DNA from: a virus
DNA: 64,000 bases
Virus record (IMG/VR): IMGVR_UViG_3300045988_122441
Direction: 5' to 3' (one strand)
The position numbers and the translations under genes are program-made. Positions 1-9,142 of this stretch are shown piece after piece (within the stretch, counting starts at the first letter, position 1; each line of letters opens with the position of its first letter). The notes under the pieces were generated by a model, which was not told the origin of the DNA, did not search any database, and saw only the letters and a list, made by a program, of their open reading frames with translations.

Positions 1-1
1 A

Positions 2-748
2 AATATGGAATGGAGAAATACACATGAAATCACATGGAAATTTGAGAGAGAAGAGGAACTTTCGACACTGATTTATGTTACAAGACATCTGAGAAATATG
101 CCATGTATACAGGAAATTTGCCTTAATCTGTTATATCTTCCAAATGCAAGAATGGATCGTATCCATAACCATAAAGAGGTATTCACATTAAGAGGCTTTG
201 CAGACGCAATCAACTGGCTTCGGTTTGATGTGGTGAGAGTCCTTGACGTACATAGTAACGTAGGAGCCGCACTTCTGAATAATGTACTTGTGTGTACACC
301 AGAGAAGTATTTAAAAGAAGTAATAGATCAGATAGATGAGACCGTACCGTTAGTTTTATATTTCCCAGACGAGGGAGCAGCGAAAAGATATTCAGGTTTA
401 TTACCGGGTATGAAGTATTGCTACGGAGAGAAGAAAAGAGATTGGGAGACAGGGAAAATTCTTGGACTGGCTATCAAGACAAACGGTATTGACCTACAAA
501 AGCAGACTGTATTGATGGTAGACGATATTATAGCTTATGGAGGTTCCTTATATTACAGTGCGAAAGAGTTGAAACGCATGGGAGCTGATACAATTTATGC
601 TTATGCCACACATACGGAAAACTCAATTCTCGATAAAGAAAAAGGAACATTGATTAAGTTGCTGGAGGACAATACGGTAGAAAGATTATTTACAACAGGA
701 AGTCTGTTCATTGGAGAACATGATAAGATTACAGTTTTGGAGGTGTAA
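2..748 (+). CDS. Ribose-phosphate pyrophosphokinase (Prs)-like enzyme, 5'-partial at window edge; candidate ADPR-pyrophosphate synthetase (Adps) of a NARP1-type pair
   Basis: The frame is open to the window edge. PRTase loop 'VLMVDDIIAYGGSL' is present, and 'YLPNARMDR' resembles Prs 'YFGYARQDR'. About 50-70 N-terminal residues of a normal Prs seem to lie upstream. The stop lies 3 nt before the NAMPT-like gene. Confidence 0.7.
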   Translation, partial: NMEWRNTHEITWKFEREEELSTLIYVTRHLRNMPCIQEICLNLLYLPNARMDRIHNHKEVFTLRGFADAINWLRFDVVRVLDVHSNVGAALLNNVLVCTPEKYLKEVIDQIDETVPLVLYFPDEGAAKRYSGLLPGMKYCYGEKKRDWETGKILGLAIKTNGIDLQKQTVLMVDDIIAYGGSLYYSAKELKRMGADTIYAYATHTENSILDKEKGTLIKLLEDNTVERLFTTGSLFIGEHDKITVLEV

Positions 749-751
749 GAA

Positions 752-2215
752 ATGGATAGCACAATGGCTTTATTGTTATCAGATACATATAAACAGTGTC
801 ATGACCGGATGTATCCGCAGGGATTGACTAAATTGGTTTCATACTGGGTTCCGAGAAGATCTATGCTCAAGAAGCAGGATAAGATGGTTTTCTTTGGTTT
901 GCAGGCATTTATTAAAGAGTATTTGATGGGATATTTTCAGACCAGTTTCTTCGATATTGACGAGGAAGAAATTGTTAAGCAGTACACTGATACGATGAAC
1001 GTACAGATTGGAGCCAGTAATTATGATGTGGATAAGATCGTACAGTTGCATCGCCTCGGATATCTTCCGTTGGAAATCAGAGCACTTCCAGAAGGAACGC
1101 TTGTTACAATGGGAATCCCATGCATTGAAATCACAAACACTAAAGAAGACTTTGCATGGCTCGTGCAGTGGATCGAATGTATTTTACAGGTAGAACTGTG
1201 GAAGCCTTGCTGTCACGCAACAATCGGTCATATGTACAGAAATATTGCAGACTATTGGTATAACAAGACAACCGATGGTCTGGACGGAGCAATGGCTTGT
1301 GCAGATTTCGGGATGAGAGGAATGTCATGTATGGATGAAGCGGTAAGATGCTCTGCTGCATGGCTGCTGTCATTCAACAAAACATCTACAATTCCGGCGA
1401 TTTCATATATTGATAAATATTACAATGCAGATTGTAAAAATAAGGGGATTGGTCTTGGAGCAGTATCCACAGAGCATAGCGTCATGGGTGCGAATTTCTC
1501 AATCGACGGCGATGAAATCACATTCGTCAAAAGGCTGCTTACTGAATTATATCCAGATACATCATTCAGTATGGTTTCAGACACATATGATTACTGGAAT
1601 ATGGTAAACAACATCCTGCCTCAGTGTAGAGATGAGATTATGAACCATAACGGAAAACTTTTAGTCCGACCGGACAGCGGAGATATCGTGGAAATCTCAG
1701 TTAAAACAGTTGAAAGATTGTGGGAAATTTTCGGAGGAACTGAAAACTCCAAAGGGTATAAGGTGTTAGATCCTCATATCGGAATCATTTACGGAGATGG
1801 ATGTACATTATCCAATGTCGAAACTATCTGGAAAGAACTTGAGAAACGTGGATTTGCTGCGAATAACATTGCATATGGAGTTGGGGCATTTTGCTTTACA
1901 GCAATCGTAGAAGATGGAAAACTTGTGGTTGCTACCAGAGATACATTTGGCATCGCAATGAAGGCGACATACGGTGTTATTAACGGTAAAAAACTGATGA
2001 TCTATAAAGACCCGAAGACAGACACAAGCCATTTAAAGAAATCGCATAAAGGTTGTTGCCGAGTATACAAAGAAGATGGACAGCTGAAGTGCCAGGATCA
2101 GCTGTCGGAGATGAGCGATGATAGCTTGCTCACAACAGTTTTCAAGGATGGTAAGCTTGTTAAAGAGGAGTCGTTTATGGATATTAGAGAAAGGATGTAT
2201 GGAGTAAATGATTAA
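752..2215 (+). CDS. Nicotinamide phosphoribosyltransferase (NAMPT/NadV) family protein; candidate nicotinamide ADPR-transferase (Namat)
   Basis: 487 aa. N-terminal 'LLLSDTYKQCH' matches the NAMPT 'TDSYK..H' signature, and length is typical of type II PRTases. A GGAGG SD lies 7 nt upstream. Confidence 0.85.
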   Translation: MDSTMALLLSDTYKQCHDRMYPQGLTKLVSYWVPRRSMLKKQDKMVFFGLQAFIKEYLMGYFQTSFFDIDEEEIVKQYTDTMNVQIGASNYDVDKIVQLHRLGYLPLEIRALPEGTLVTMGIPCIEITNTKEDFAWLVQWIECILQVELWKPCCHATIGHMYRNIADYWYNKTTDGLDGAMACADFGMRGMSCMDEAVRCSAAWLLSFNKTSTIPAISYIDKYYNADCKNKGIGLGAVSTEHSVMGANFSIDGDEITFVKRLLTELYPDTSFSMVSDTYDYWNMVNNILPQCRDEIMNHNGKLLVRPDSGDIVEISVKTVERLWEIFGGTENSKGYKVLDPHIGIIYGDGCTLSNVETIWKELEKRGFAANNIAYGVGAFCFTAIVEDGKLVVATRDTFGIAMKATYGVINGKKLMIYKDPKTDTSHLKKSHKGCCRVYKEDGQLKCQDQLSEMSDDSLLTTVFKDGKLVKEESFMDIRERMYGVND

Positions 2216-2669
2216 AATTATTGACGGCGATTTACTTGCATCCAAAACAGATATTATTGCACACCAGGTTAATTGCAAAGGTGCTTTTAACTCTGGTGTT
2301 GCAAGGGCAATACGGGAATATGATGTTCAGGTTTTCCATGATTATCGTGCGTACTGCTACAGTAAAACGGCAGATGATCTTATAGGAGATGTGAGATATT
2401 TCCAATCAGATATGGATGACAAAATATACGCAAACCTATTTGCTCAGAAATCTTATGGATATGATGGCAAACAATATACAGATTTGGAAGCGTTGAAAAA
2501 GTGCTTTGAAAATCTTCGGGACTATGTAATGGAGAGGAATATGAGTATTGCAATGCCTTATAAGATTGGAAGCGTTAGAGGAGGCGCAAACTGGGAAGAT
2601 GTTTATGCTTTAATTGAAACTACATTTCGAGAAGTAAATGTAGAATTATGGAGGCTTGATAAAGGATGA
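2208..2669 (+). CDS. Macro-domain protein (ADP-ribose binding/hydrolase)
   Basis: 153 aa. 'IIDGDLL..DIIAHQVNCKGAFNSGVARAI' fits the macro-domain N-terminal pocket pattern. Overlaps the upstream gene by 8 nt. Confidence 0.8.
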   Translation: MIKIIDGDLLASKTDIIAHQVNCKGAFNSGVARAIREYDVQVFHDYRAYCYSKTADDLIGDVRYFQSDMDDKIYANLFAQKSYGYDGKQYTDLEALKKCFENLRDYVMERNMSIAMPYKIGSVRGGANWEDVYALIETTFREVNVELWRLDKG

Positions 2670-3082
2670 TAAGTGCGTTTAGAGGAAAATATTATTTTTT
2701 AAGCAATTTTTATGCAGCTCCTGTGGTGTGGGACGGTGTTTCTTATAAGAATAATGAAGCTGCGTTTCAATCTGCTAAAGTAGGAAGAGAGTACAGGCAG
2801 GAATTTGCAGAACTAACCGCTTCAGAAGCTAAGAAATTAGGCAGGAAGGTTCCGCTTAGACCAGACTGGGAGAACGTTAAGGAAAGAATTATGTACGAGA
2901 TTTGCCTTGCTAAATTCTCTCAGAATGAAGAACTCAAAGAAAAATTACTTTTAACAGGAGAATGTGCCTTAGAAGAATGTAATACATGGGGTGACAAAGT
3001 CTGGGGAACGGTTAATGGTGAAGGAGAAAACAAACTTGGAAAGATTCTGATGAAAATACGGGAGGAACTGAGACATGAGTAA
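2666..3082 (+). CDS. NADAR (YbiA/DUF1768) family protein
   Basis: 'FRGKYYFLSNFY', 'YKNNEAAFQSAK' and C-terminal 'WGDKVWG..NKLGKILMKIR' are NADAR hallmarks. ATGA overlap with the macro gene. Confidence 0.8.
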   Translation: MISAFRGKYYFLSNFYAAPVVWDGVSYKNNEAAFQSAKVGREYRQEFAELTASEAKKLGRKVPLRPDWENVKERIMYEICLAKFSQNEELKEKLLLTGECALEECNTWGDKVWGTVNGEGENKLGKILMKIREELRHE

Positions 3083-3821
3083 ATTTAATGCAAAGGCAGT
3101 AAAAGATGACATCGTAAAATGGATTAGAGAATTCTTTGAGCAGAATGGTAAAGGATGTAGTGCTGTAGTCGGGATCTCCGGAGGAAAGGATTCCAGTGTG
3201 GTTGCAGCTCTGTGCGTAGAGGCTCTCGGCAAAGATAGGGTTTTCGGAGTGCTTATGCCGAATGGGGAGCAAGTTGATATTGAAGCATCGTATTCTCTGG
3301 TAAAGCATCTCGGGATTGACTATTGTGTGGTTAATATTCATGAAGCAATTCGATCACTGAAACATGAAATTAAACCACAGCTCGGAGACCATTGGTCTAT
3401 GCAGACTTCTATAAATCTTCCGGCAAGAATCAGAATGGCTACATTATATGCAGTATCTCAGACGATTGGTGGAAGAGTTGCCAATACATGTAATTTATCA
3501 GAGGACTGGGTTGGTTATGCCACCAGATATGGAGATGGAGCCGGAGATTTCAGTCCGTTATCTAAACTCACGGTAACAGAGGTTAAAGCGATCGGACGAG
3601 AGCTTGGTCTTCCAGAAGAGTTAATTGAAAAGGTTCCTACGGACGGTCTGTGTGGTCATACGGACGAAGACAATCTCGGATTCACGTATGTAGTTCTTGA
3701 TAGATACATTAGAACTGGTGAAATCGATGATATGCATACAAAAGAAAGAATTGATACTATGCATGAAAAGAACCTATTCAAACTGAAGCCTATGCCAACA
3801 TTTGAATACGAAGCGGCATAA
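3075..3821 (+). CDS. nadE: NH3-dependent NAD+ synthetase
   Basis: PP-loop 'GISGGKDSSVVAAL', 'RYGDGAGDFSPL', 248 aa. Confidence 0.9.
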   Translation: MSKFNAKAVKDDIVKWIREFFEQNGKGCSAVVGISGGKDSSVVAALCVEALGKDRVFGVLMPNGEQVDIEASYSLVKHLGIDYCVVNIHEAIRSLKHEIKPQLGDHWSMQTSINLPARIRMATLYAVSQTIGGRVANTCNLSEDWVGYATRYGDGAGDFSPLSKLTVTEVKAIGRELGLPEELIEKVPTDGLCGHTDEDNLGFTYVVLDRYIRTGEIDDMHTKERIDTMHEKNLFKLKPMPTFEYEAA

Positions 3822-3842
3822 TATTTAGAAAGGATTGATAAT

Positions 3843-4313
3843 ATGTTAGTCCCAGCTGCGCTATATAAGGATGAAATTATCAAAAATTTTAAGAAGCGAT
3901 ATTACACAGAAGACATGATGTATGAAACCGGATGTTTAGAGCAATGGTATCCGAATATTAAGGATATGCCAAGCGAGGGAGAATTTGATTATGCGATTGT
4001 GTGTTGTGATAAGCTAATTGGATATCTTTCTTACAAAGTAGACTACTATTGCTCAAAAGTATATAATTTTGGACTTATGTCATTCGAGAGTGGCAACCCG
4101 ATTATAGGAAGAGATTTGTTCAATAAAATGGAGGAGCTAGTACATCGGTTCCACAGAATTGAATGGAGAATGGTGGGAGGCAATCCGGTTGAGAAGCATT
4201 ATGATAAGTTTTGTGAAAGATATAATGGTAACAAGTATTTCTTAAAAGATGCGATTAGAGATCGAAATGGGAATTACCACGACGACATTATTTATGAAAT
4301 TGTAAATGAATAA
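3843..4313 (+). CDS. Hypothetical protein, possible GNAT-fold acetyltransferase
   Basis: 156 aa. 'IEWRMVGGNPVEKHYDKFCERYNG' resembles the GNAT motif A/B region. The assignment is weak. Confidence 0.4.
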   Translation: MLVPAALYKDEIIKNFKKRYYTEDMMYETGCLEQWYPNIKDMPSEGEFDYAIVCCDKLIGYLSYKVDYYCSKVYNFGLMSFESGNPIIGRDLFNKMEELVHRFHRIEWRMVGGNPVEKHYDKFCERYNGNKYFLKDAIRDRNGNYHDDIIYEIVNE

Positions 4314-4323
4314 AGGAGAAATT

Positions 4324-5183
4324 ATGGATACATCAGCACTTGCGAAAAGAATGAAAAAGTATGAAGCAGTGCCGAAAAATACGTTAATGAGAAGAACGCC
4401 CGTAATCATCAGAGTTGATGGTCGGGCGTTTCATACTTTTACAAAAGGATTTCAGAAGCCTTTTGATGACGTATTGGTGCGGGTAATGCAGGATACGATG
4501 AAGTATTTATGTGAGAATATACAGGATGTGTGTTTGGATATACGCAGTCCGATGAAATTACACTAATTCTCATAGATTATAAGAAGCTTAATTCAGAAGC
4601 TTGGTTTGCTTATGAGGTGCAGAAAATGTGTAGCATTGTGGCAAGTATGGCTACAATGGCATTCAATAGATTTTTCATGTATGAGTATGAAGAATTCAAT
4701 AGATGGATTTACGAAGGAAGTCCAACAGATGAAGACAAGCGACTAAATGATGTCTATTACAATGCGATGTGTCAAGGAGCAATGTTTGATGCCAGAGTCT
4801 TCAATATTCCAAAAGAAGAAGTTACGAACAATATTTATTGGAGACAGCTTGACGCAAGTAGAAACTCAATTCAGATGCTCGGACAGGCAAATTTTAGCCA
4901 CAGAGAGTTACTGAATAAGACATGTAACCAAATACAGGATATGTTGATGACGCAGCATGGAATTAACTGGAATGACATGGGTACATCTTATAAACGAGGC
5001 AGTTGCTGTGTAAGAAACAGGCGAGTTATCAGCACATCTGCCGACGGTACAGTAACATGTGAAATCAGGAATCCAAAAGAGCCTGAAACAGCGTGGGTTA
5101 TCGACAATGAAATTCCGATTTTCAAAGGAGAAGGCAGAAAATACATCGACGAGCTGATATTTATTGGAGGTGTTGAGATTTGA
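4324..5183 (+). pseudogene. Thg1-like protein (tRNA-His guanylyltransferase / 3'-5' polymerase family), frame broken near 4524
   Basis: ORF 4306..4566 carries 'IIRVDGRAFHTFTKGF.KPFD'. ORF 4530..5183 carries 'GYTQSDEITL'. The two frames join if one nt (a G near 4524-4526) is restored, giving ..CENIQ-GCVFGYTQSDE. The SD-supported start is the ATG at 4324. Confidence 0.75.
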
Positions 5184-6016
5184 AATGGTCAGAAGCAAAG
5201 GAAAAATCAGCAGATAAGACATGGGCGTTTTTGGAACTGCGACCGACAGGTAAGGTAGTATCCAAAGAACAGTATGAATATGTGCTTTATTACGCAAAGC
5301 AAACAGGTATTGATACCAGGTACATAAGAACATTCGAGGAAGAAAAGGGCAAATATCTCAGACTTGGAAGTTGGTTCGGCGGAGCCAGCTATTATTTCTA
5401 CTTTGCAGAACAGCCAGAAGGCGTATCGGAAACTGCTGAGAGAAATGAATTTGGAGCTTATACAAAATGCACAGAGTATTACGAGGATTTCTCATACGGA
5501 AAGTTTGGGGCTATCACATTTGAAGAAACGACTCAGAAGGTAAAGTGTAAAAGATGTGGTGGACATGGCGTGCTTCCTATTGGAAAGAATATCCGAGGAG
5601 TTATGAAATGTAATGTTTGTGGTGGCAGTGGCGAAGTTGAAGTGGATGCGCCGGTTTATGAAACGAATATGAAGAAGGCTATCCTGTTTGATTATTGCTT
5701 TGAGGCTCCGGAAGAGTTAGTGAATTTCTGCAAGACTATCGGATATAGTAATCCTGATTTTGCAAATGACTTTGACCTTATGTTCGATCAGAGAGTGATT
5801 GAATTCTGCGAAAAGCGTCTGGAACCACTTTGGAGTGAGAAAGTGTATAAGGGAAGAGAAAGTTATGCATTTCGATGTGGCTTTGCAGGAGCCGGATACA
5901 TAAGAGAGATTGATACTTCAAGAGTTTGGAACTTACGACATAATAATGTGGACGCTCCGATTATTAATTATGTAGAAGTAAGCACGAACAAGTATGGATA
6001 TTTGTCCGTATTATAG
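5180..6016 (+). CDS. Hypothetical protein with DnaJ-type CxxCxGxG zinc-finger repeats
   Basis: 'CKRCGGHG' and 'CNVCGGSG' are present. TTG start 8 nt after GGAGG, overlapping the Thg1-like stop. Confidence 0.5.
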   Translation: MKWSEAKEKSADKTWAFLELRPTGKVVSKEQYEYVLYYAKQTGIDTRYIRTFEEEKGKYLRLGSWFGGASYYFYFAEQPEGVSETAERNEFGAYTKCTEYYEDFSYGKFGAITFEETTQKVKCKRCGGHGVLPIGKNIRGVMKCNVCGGSGEVEVDAPVYETNMKKAILFDYCFEAPEELVNFCKTIGYSNPDFANDFDLMFDQRVIEFCEKRLEPLWSEKVYKGRESYAFRCGFAGAGYIREIDTSRVWNLRHNNVDAPIINYVEVSTNKYGYLSVL

Positions 6017-6025
6017 GAGGAATTT

Positions 6026-7225
6026 ATGATTTACTTAGATAATTCAGCAACGACTCCGATTCACCCGGAGGTGCTCAAAGCGATGATGCCGTACTTAAAG
6101 GGTGGATATGGGAACGCCGGGGCTGTTTATAGAATTGGACGAGAGTCTGCAAAGGCTATTCAGAAAGCAAGAGAGCAGGTTGCTCAGTTATTTAATGCTT
6201 CTGCAGATCAGATTGTATTCACATCTGGGGGAAGCGAAGGAAATAATATGGTGTTCTCATACGGCATGAGATGTATGCTTGAAGAGCGAGGAAAGAAACA
6301 TGTTGTAATTTCTCAGATCGAGCATGATTCAGTATATGAAGCAGCAACCCATATGTTTAAGCCGTCTGGAAAAGTGAATATAAAAGACGACTTTTATACA
6401 CAGTTTATACATACAAAAAGCGACGGAACGGTCGATGTAAAGCATTTAGAGGCATTATTAGACGAAGATGAGAGCATTGGTCTTGTGTCGGTAATGTATG
6501 TAAACAATGAAACTGGCGCAGTCAATCCAATTAATCATATAGGAGAGATATGCAGAGACAGGGGAATTCTGTTCCATACCGACTGTGTACAGGCAGCAGG
6601 ATGCCATCCGATTGATGCTAACATAATCGGGTGTGATTTTGCAACGATATCCGGTCATAAAATATATGCCCCCAAAGGTATCGGAGCTATATATATTAAA
6701 GATAAGACTCTTGCACGTTCATTAATATATGGCGGCACTAATCAGGAATTTGGTCTTCGTGGAGGAACAGAAAATGTGGCGAGTATAGTTGGTTTGGGAA
6801 AGGCGTGTGACTTAATTTGCTCAGATTTTGGCACACAGAGAGTGACGGTATCCCTGCTTAAACGGTTGTTTTATGAGAATATGACATCTTATTTGAAGGA
6901 ATTGAACCTTGAAGACAGGATTCATGTCAACGGTGCTTCTGTAGGCGATGTAGGTAAAACATTAAATCTTAGAGTTGAAGATATCGACAGTGAAACGCTA
7001 CTTTTGATGTTAGATGCAAAAGGAGTGTGTATATCTGCAGGATCTGCCTGCCATAGTCATAGGTCAGAGCCGAGTAGAGTGTTGACAGCTATGGGGCTTT
7101 CTGATGATGAGGCGAGGGATTCGGTAAGAATATCGTTTTCGTCTACCAACACGCCAGCTGAGATCGAAGAGGCTGCTGCAATATTTTCATCATGCATTAA
7201 AACATTAGCCGGATTGCAGAGGTAG
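6026..7225 (+). CDS. Cysteine desulfurase (class V aminotransferase, NifS/IscS-like)
   Basis: 'LDNSATTP', PLP-lysine motif 'SGHKIYAPKGIGAIYIK', catalytic Cys loop 'SAGSACHS'. Confidence 0.9.
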   Translation: MIYLDNSATTPIHPEVLKAMMPYLKGGYGNAGAVYRIGRESAKAIQKAREQVAQLFNASADQIVFTSGGSEGNNMVFSYGMRCMLEERGKKHVVISQIEHDSVYEAATHMFKPSGKVNIKDDFYTQFIHTKSDGTVDVKHLEALLDEDESIGLVSVMYVNNETGAVNPINHIGEICRDRGILFHTDCVQAAGCHPIDANIIGCDFATISGHKIYAPKGIGAIYIKDKTLARSLIYGGTNQEFGLRGGTENVASIVGLGKACDLICSDFGTQRVTVSLLKRLFYENMTSYLKELNLEDRIHVNGASVGDVGKTLNLRVEDIDSETLLLMLDAKGVCISAGSACHSHRSEPSRVLTAMGLSDDEARDSVRISFSSTNTPAEIEEAAAIFSSCIKTLAGLQR

Positions 7226-7259
7226 GGCTTTAATGGTAGAATAAAGGAGGTTACAGTAC

Positions 7260-7658
7260 ATGGAAGCATTAAGAAATCAGATTGATTTGAGCTTTTTAAA
7301 TTCTTCTGATAAGAAATGGATTACGGATACGGCAGATGACGTATTGAAAAAGAATCCAGATACAGACAAAGCACGTATCTGCCAGATGCTGTATAGTTAT
7401 CTGGCTTTACGACATATAACAAAAGGTAGAAATGTGAAAGTGAAGTACGAGCTGTTTGAGCCGTCTAAAAATATGGGCTATATCAGTGTGACAGGAAGAA
7501 AAATTGATTATCAGAATAGTAAGGTATTCAAAACTGTTACAGCATTGGCAACGAATTTTGAAGCTTATCCAAAAACAAACGGTACAGTTCAGCTCAACTT
7601 CACGTTTCACAAATTAAGAAAGAAGCGAGGAGATGGTTGCAATGGAAAGTGTGATTAA
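7260..7658 (+). CDS. Hypothetical protein
   Basis: 132-aa ORF with an AAGGAGG SD. Confidence 0.5.
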   Translation: MEALRNQIDLSFLNSSDKKWITDTADDVLKKNPDTDKARICQMLYSYLALRHITKGRNVKVKYELFEPSKNMGYISVTGRKIDYQNSKVFKTVTALATNFEAYPKTNGTVQLNFTFHKLRKKRGDGCNGKCD

Positions 7659-8001
7659 GTGTTTTGACGTAGTAAATATGGTGGTTGAAGAGGCGAGTGA
7701 CAGATTTAAACCATTATGGAAAGTCGATAAGGAGAAGCTGGATATCCTTCATGAGTATTGTGATGCGATTGACGGGATCTTAAAAGAGTTTGCAGGAGAT
7801 TCGGTCGATGTAGATATTGATGAAATTAAGATGACAATCAGTATTACGATTGAATGCGAAGATTTAACAATCGAATCAAAAGAGCATCAGTTCCATCAGC
7901 TTGTAGAAAGAGCTGTCAAGTTTTGCTTTTCAAAATCATCAGAGAGAGAAGCAATGTGTGTGAACTTTGTGTTCCCGAGTGTTTGGGATAAAGCAATGTA
8001 G
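7633..8001 (+). CDS. Hypothetical acidic protein
   Basis: 122-aa ORF. The start is ambiguous (7633 or 7642). Confidence 0.45.
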   Translation: MVAMESVIKCFDVVNMVVEEASDRFKPLWKVDKEKLDILHEYCDAIDGILKEFAGDSVDVDIDEIKMTISITIECEDLTIESKEHQFHQLVERAVKFCFSKSSEREAMCVNFVFPSVWDKAM

Positions 8002-8017
8002 GCTGGAGGTAACCTGC

Positions 8018-8248
8018 GTGAACAATAAGAGACGAGAACTGTTAAGAAATGCGACAGATTTGCTCGGTAAGGCATCCAATATGGTTCAATCGGCATTAGA
8101 TTCAGAGCAAGATTGCCTTGATAATATGCCAGAGAATTTATTGGATAGTGAGAGATGTCAAAAAATGGAGGACGCAATAGAAAGATTAGAGGAGGCTGTG
8201 GAGCAGATCGATAGCGCAAAGGATTGTATCAATGAAGCCTCCGCATAG
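8018..8248 (+). CDS. Hypothetical helical protein
   Basis: GTG start 8 nt after GGAGG (8005-8009). The ORF-track start at 7967 would overlap the upstream gene. Confidence 0.45.
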   Translation: MNNKRRELLRNATDLLGKASNMVQSALDSEQDCLDNMPENLLDSERCQKMEDAIERLEEAVEQIDSAKDCINEASA

Positions 8249-8259
8249 GAGGTAAAGGT

Positions 8260-8868
8260 ATGTGGAGTTTATTTGGATTGTTGGCGGTTGGTGGGTTTAC
8301 TTTGACAAAATATATCAGTGATTCTTCAACAACTAAGGCTGTTGAGTTGAAAAGAGAAAAAGCTGAAAATATTAATAAACTATTAGAGATGACATATAAC
8401 GATGAAATTTCTCTCGACGAATCACTCAAGGATGACGAATGCAGAGAAAATTTGCTATCATCAATCAGTGATGACATGGAATATATATACGGTAAACGAT
8501 GGCATAGTTTGCTTGAAAATTCAACATATTCATCTGCGATTTATGATGAGCTGAATACGATATGGGGAATTGTATTTCATCTCTTGTGCGCCAAAAATGG
8601 CAAAATAGTGCTGAATCAGAGAAACTATTCATTAGCTGGCAATCCAGAACTCTGCGAACAAAAGGTACGAACGTGCAAGATAATCGAACGATATATAAAA
8701 GACAGGCATCAAAATCTGGAATTGGTGTTTGTACCTGGATGGAAAATTTCAACATCATCGACGAAATTAGAATATCATGAAGAGATTTGCATGGGGAAAC
8801 TTTGGTGGAAACATAATCTTCCGGTATTGAACAAAGAGCAAACTTCGTATGTTAAAAAGCTATGGTAG
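8260..8868 (+). CDS. Hypothetical protein with N-terminal membrane anchor
   Basis: 'MWSLFGLLAVGGFTLT' is a hydrophobic N-terminus. AGGAGG SD. Confidence 0.5.
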   Translation: MWSLFGLLAVGGFTLTKYISDSSTTKAVELKREKAENINKLLEMTYNDEISLDESLKDDECRENLLSSISDDMEYIYGKRWHSLLENSTYSSAIYDELNTIWGIVFHLLCAKNGKIVLNQRNYSLAGNPELCEQKVRTCKIIERYIKDRHQNLELVFVPGWKISTSSTKLEYHEEICMGKLWWKHNLPVLNKEQTSYVKKLW

Positions 8869-8891
8869 TTTTTCCAACTATCGAAATTTCA

Positions 8892-8920
8892 TTGACAGTC
8901 AACTCTTTATATGCTAAAAT
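8892..8920 (+). promoter_or_regulatory. Near-consensus sigma-A/sigma-70 promoter with extended -10
   Basis: TTGACA (8892-8897), 17-nt spacer ending in TGC, TAAAAT (8915-8920). Lies in a 274-nt ORF-free gap. Confidence 0.65.
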
Positions 8921-8926
8921 TAGACT

Positions 8927-9142
8927 AAACCGAACAAACGTTCGCTGAATGACAAAATAGAATTGCATAAAAAGTAGCCGTGCAACAACCACGAAACACG
9001 GCTACAACCAGCGTTGCGACAACAACACCACAAAGATCACGCTTATACAGCAACAATAAGCGTGTATTAACACGTAATGGAGAAATATGCCACTACGATT
9101 GGAATACATGCCCACTATTAGAACACATATTCTGATTGTAGT
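8927..9142 (+). ncRNA. CA-rich structured leader or small RNA (function unknown)
   Basis: Two perfect 9-bp hairpins sit downstream of the promoter: 8974-9005 (GTAGCCGTG/CACGGCTAC) and 9038-9064 (CACGCTTAT/ATAAGCGTG). Their loops and linker are rich in CAACA/ACA. A 5-bp hairpin lies at 8931-8944. No ORF. Confidence 0.3.

Noticed and set aside
4513-4566. Programmed -1 ribosomal frameshift joining the two Thg1-like frames
   Set aside because: There is no slippery heptamer and no downstream pseudoknot or hairpin. A 1-nt indel in a G run is the simpler explanation, though this cannot be settled without reads.
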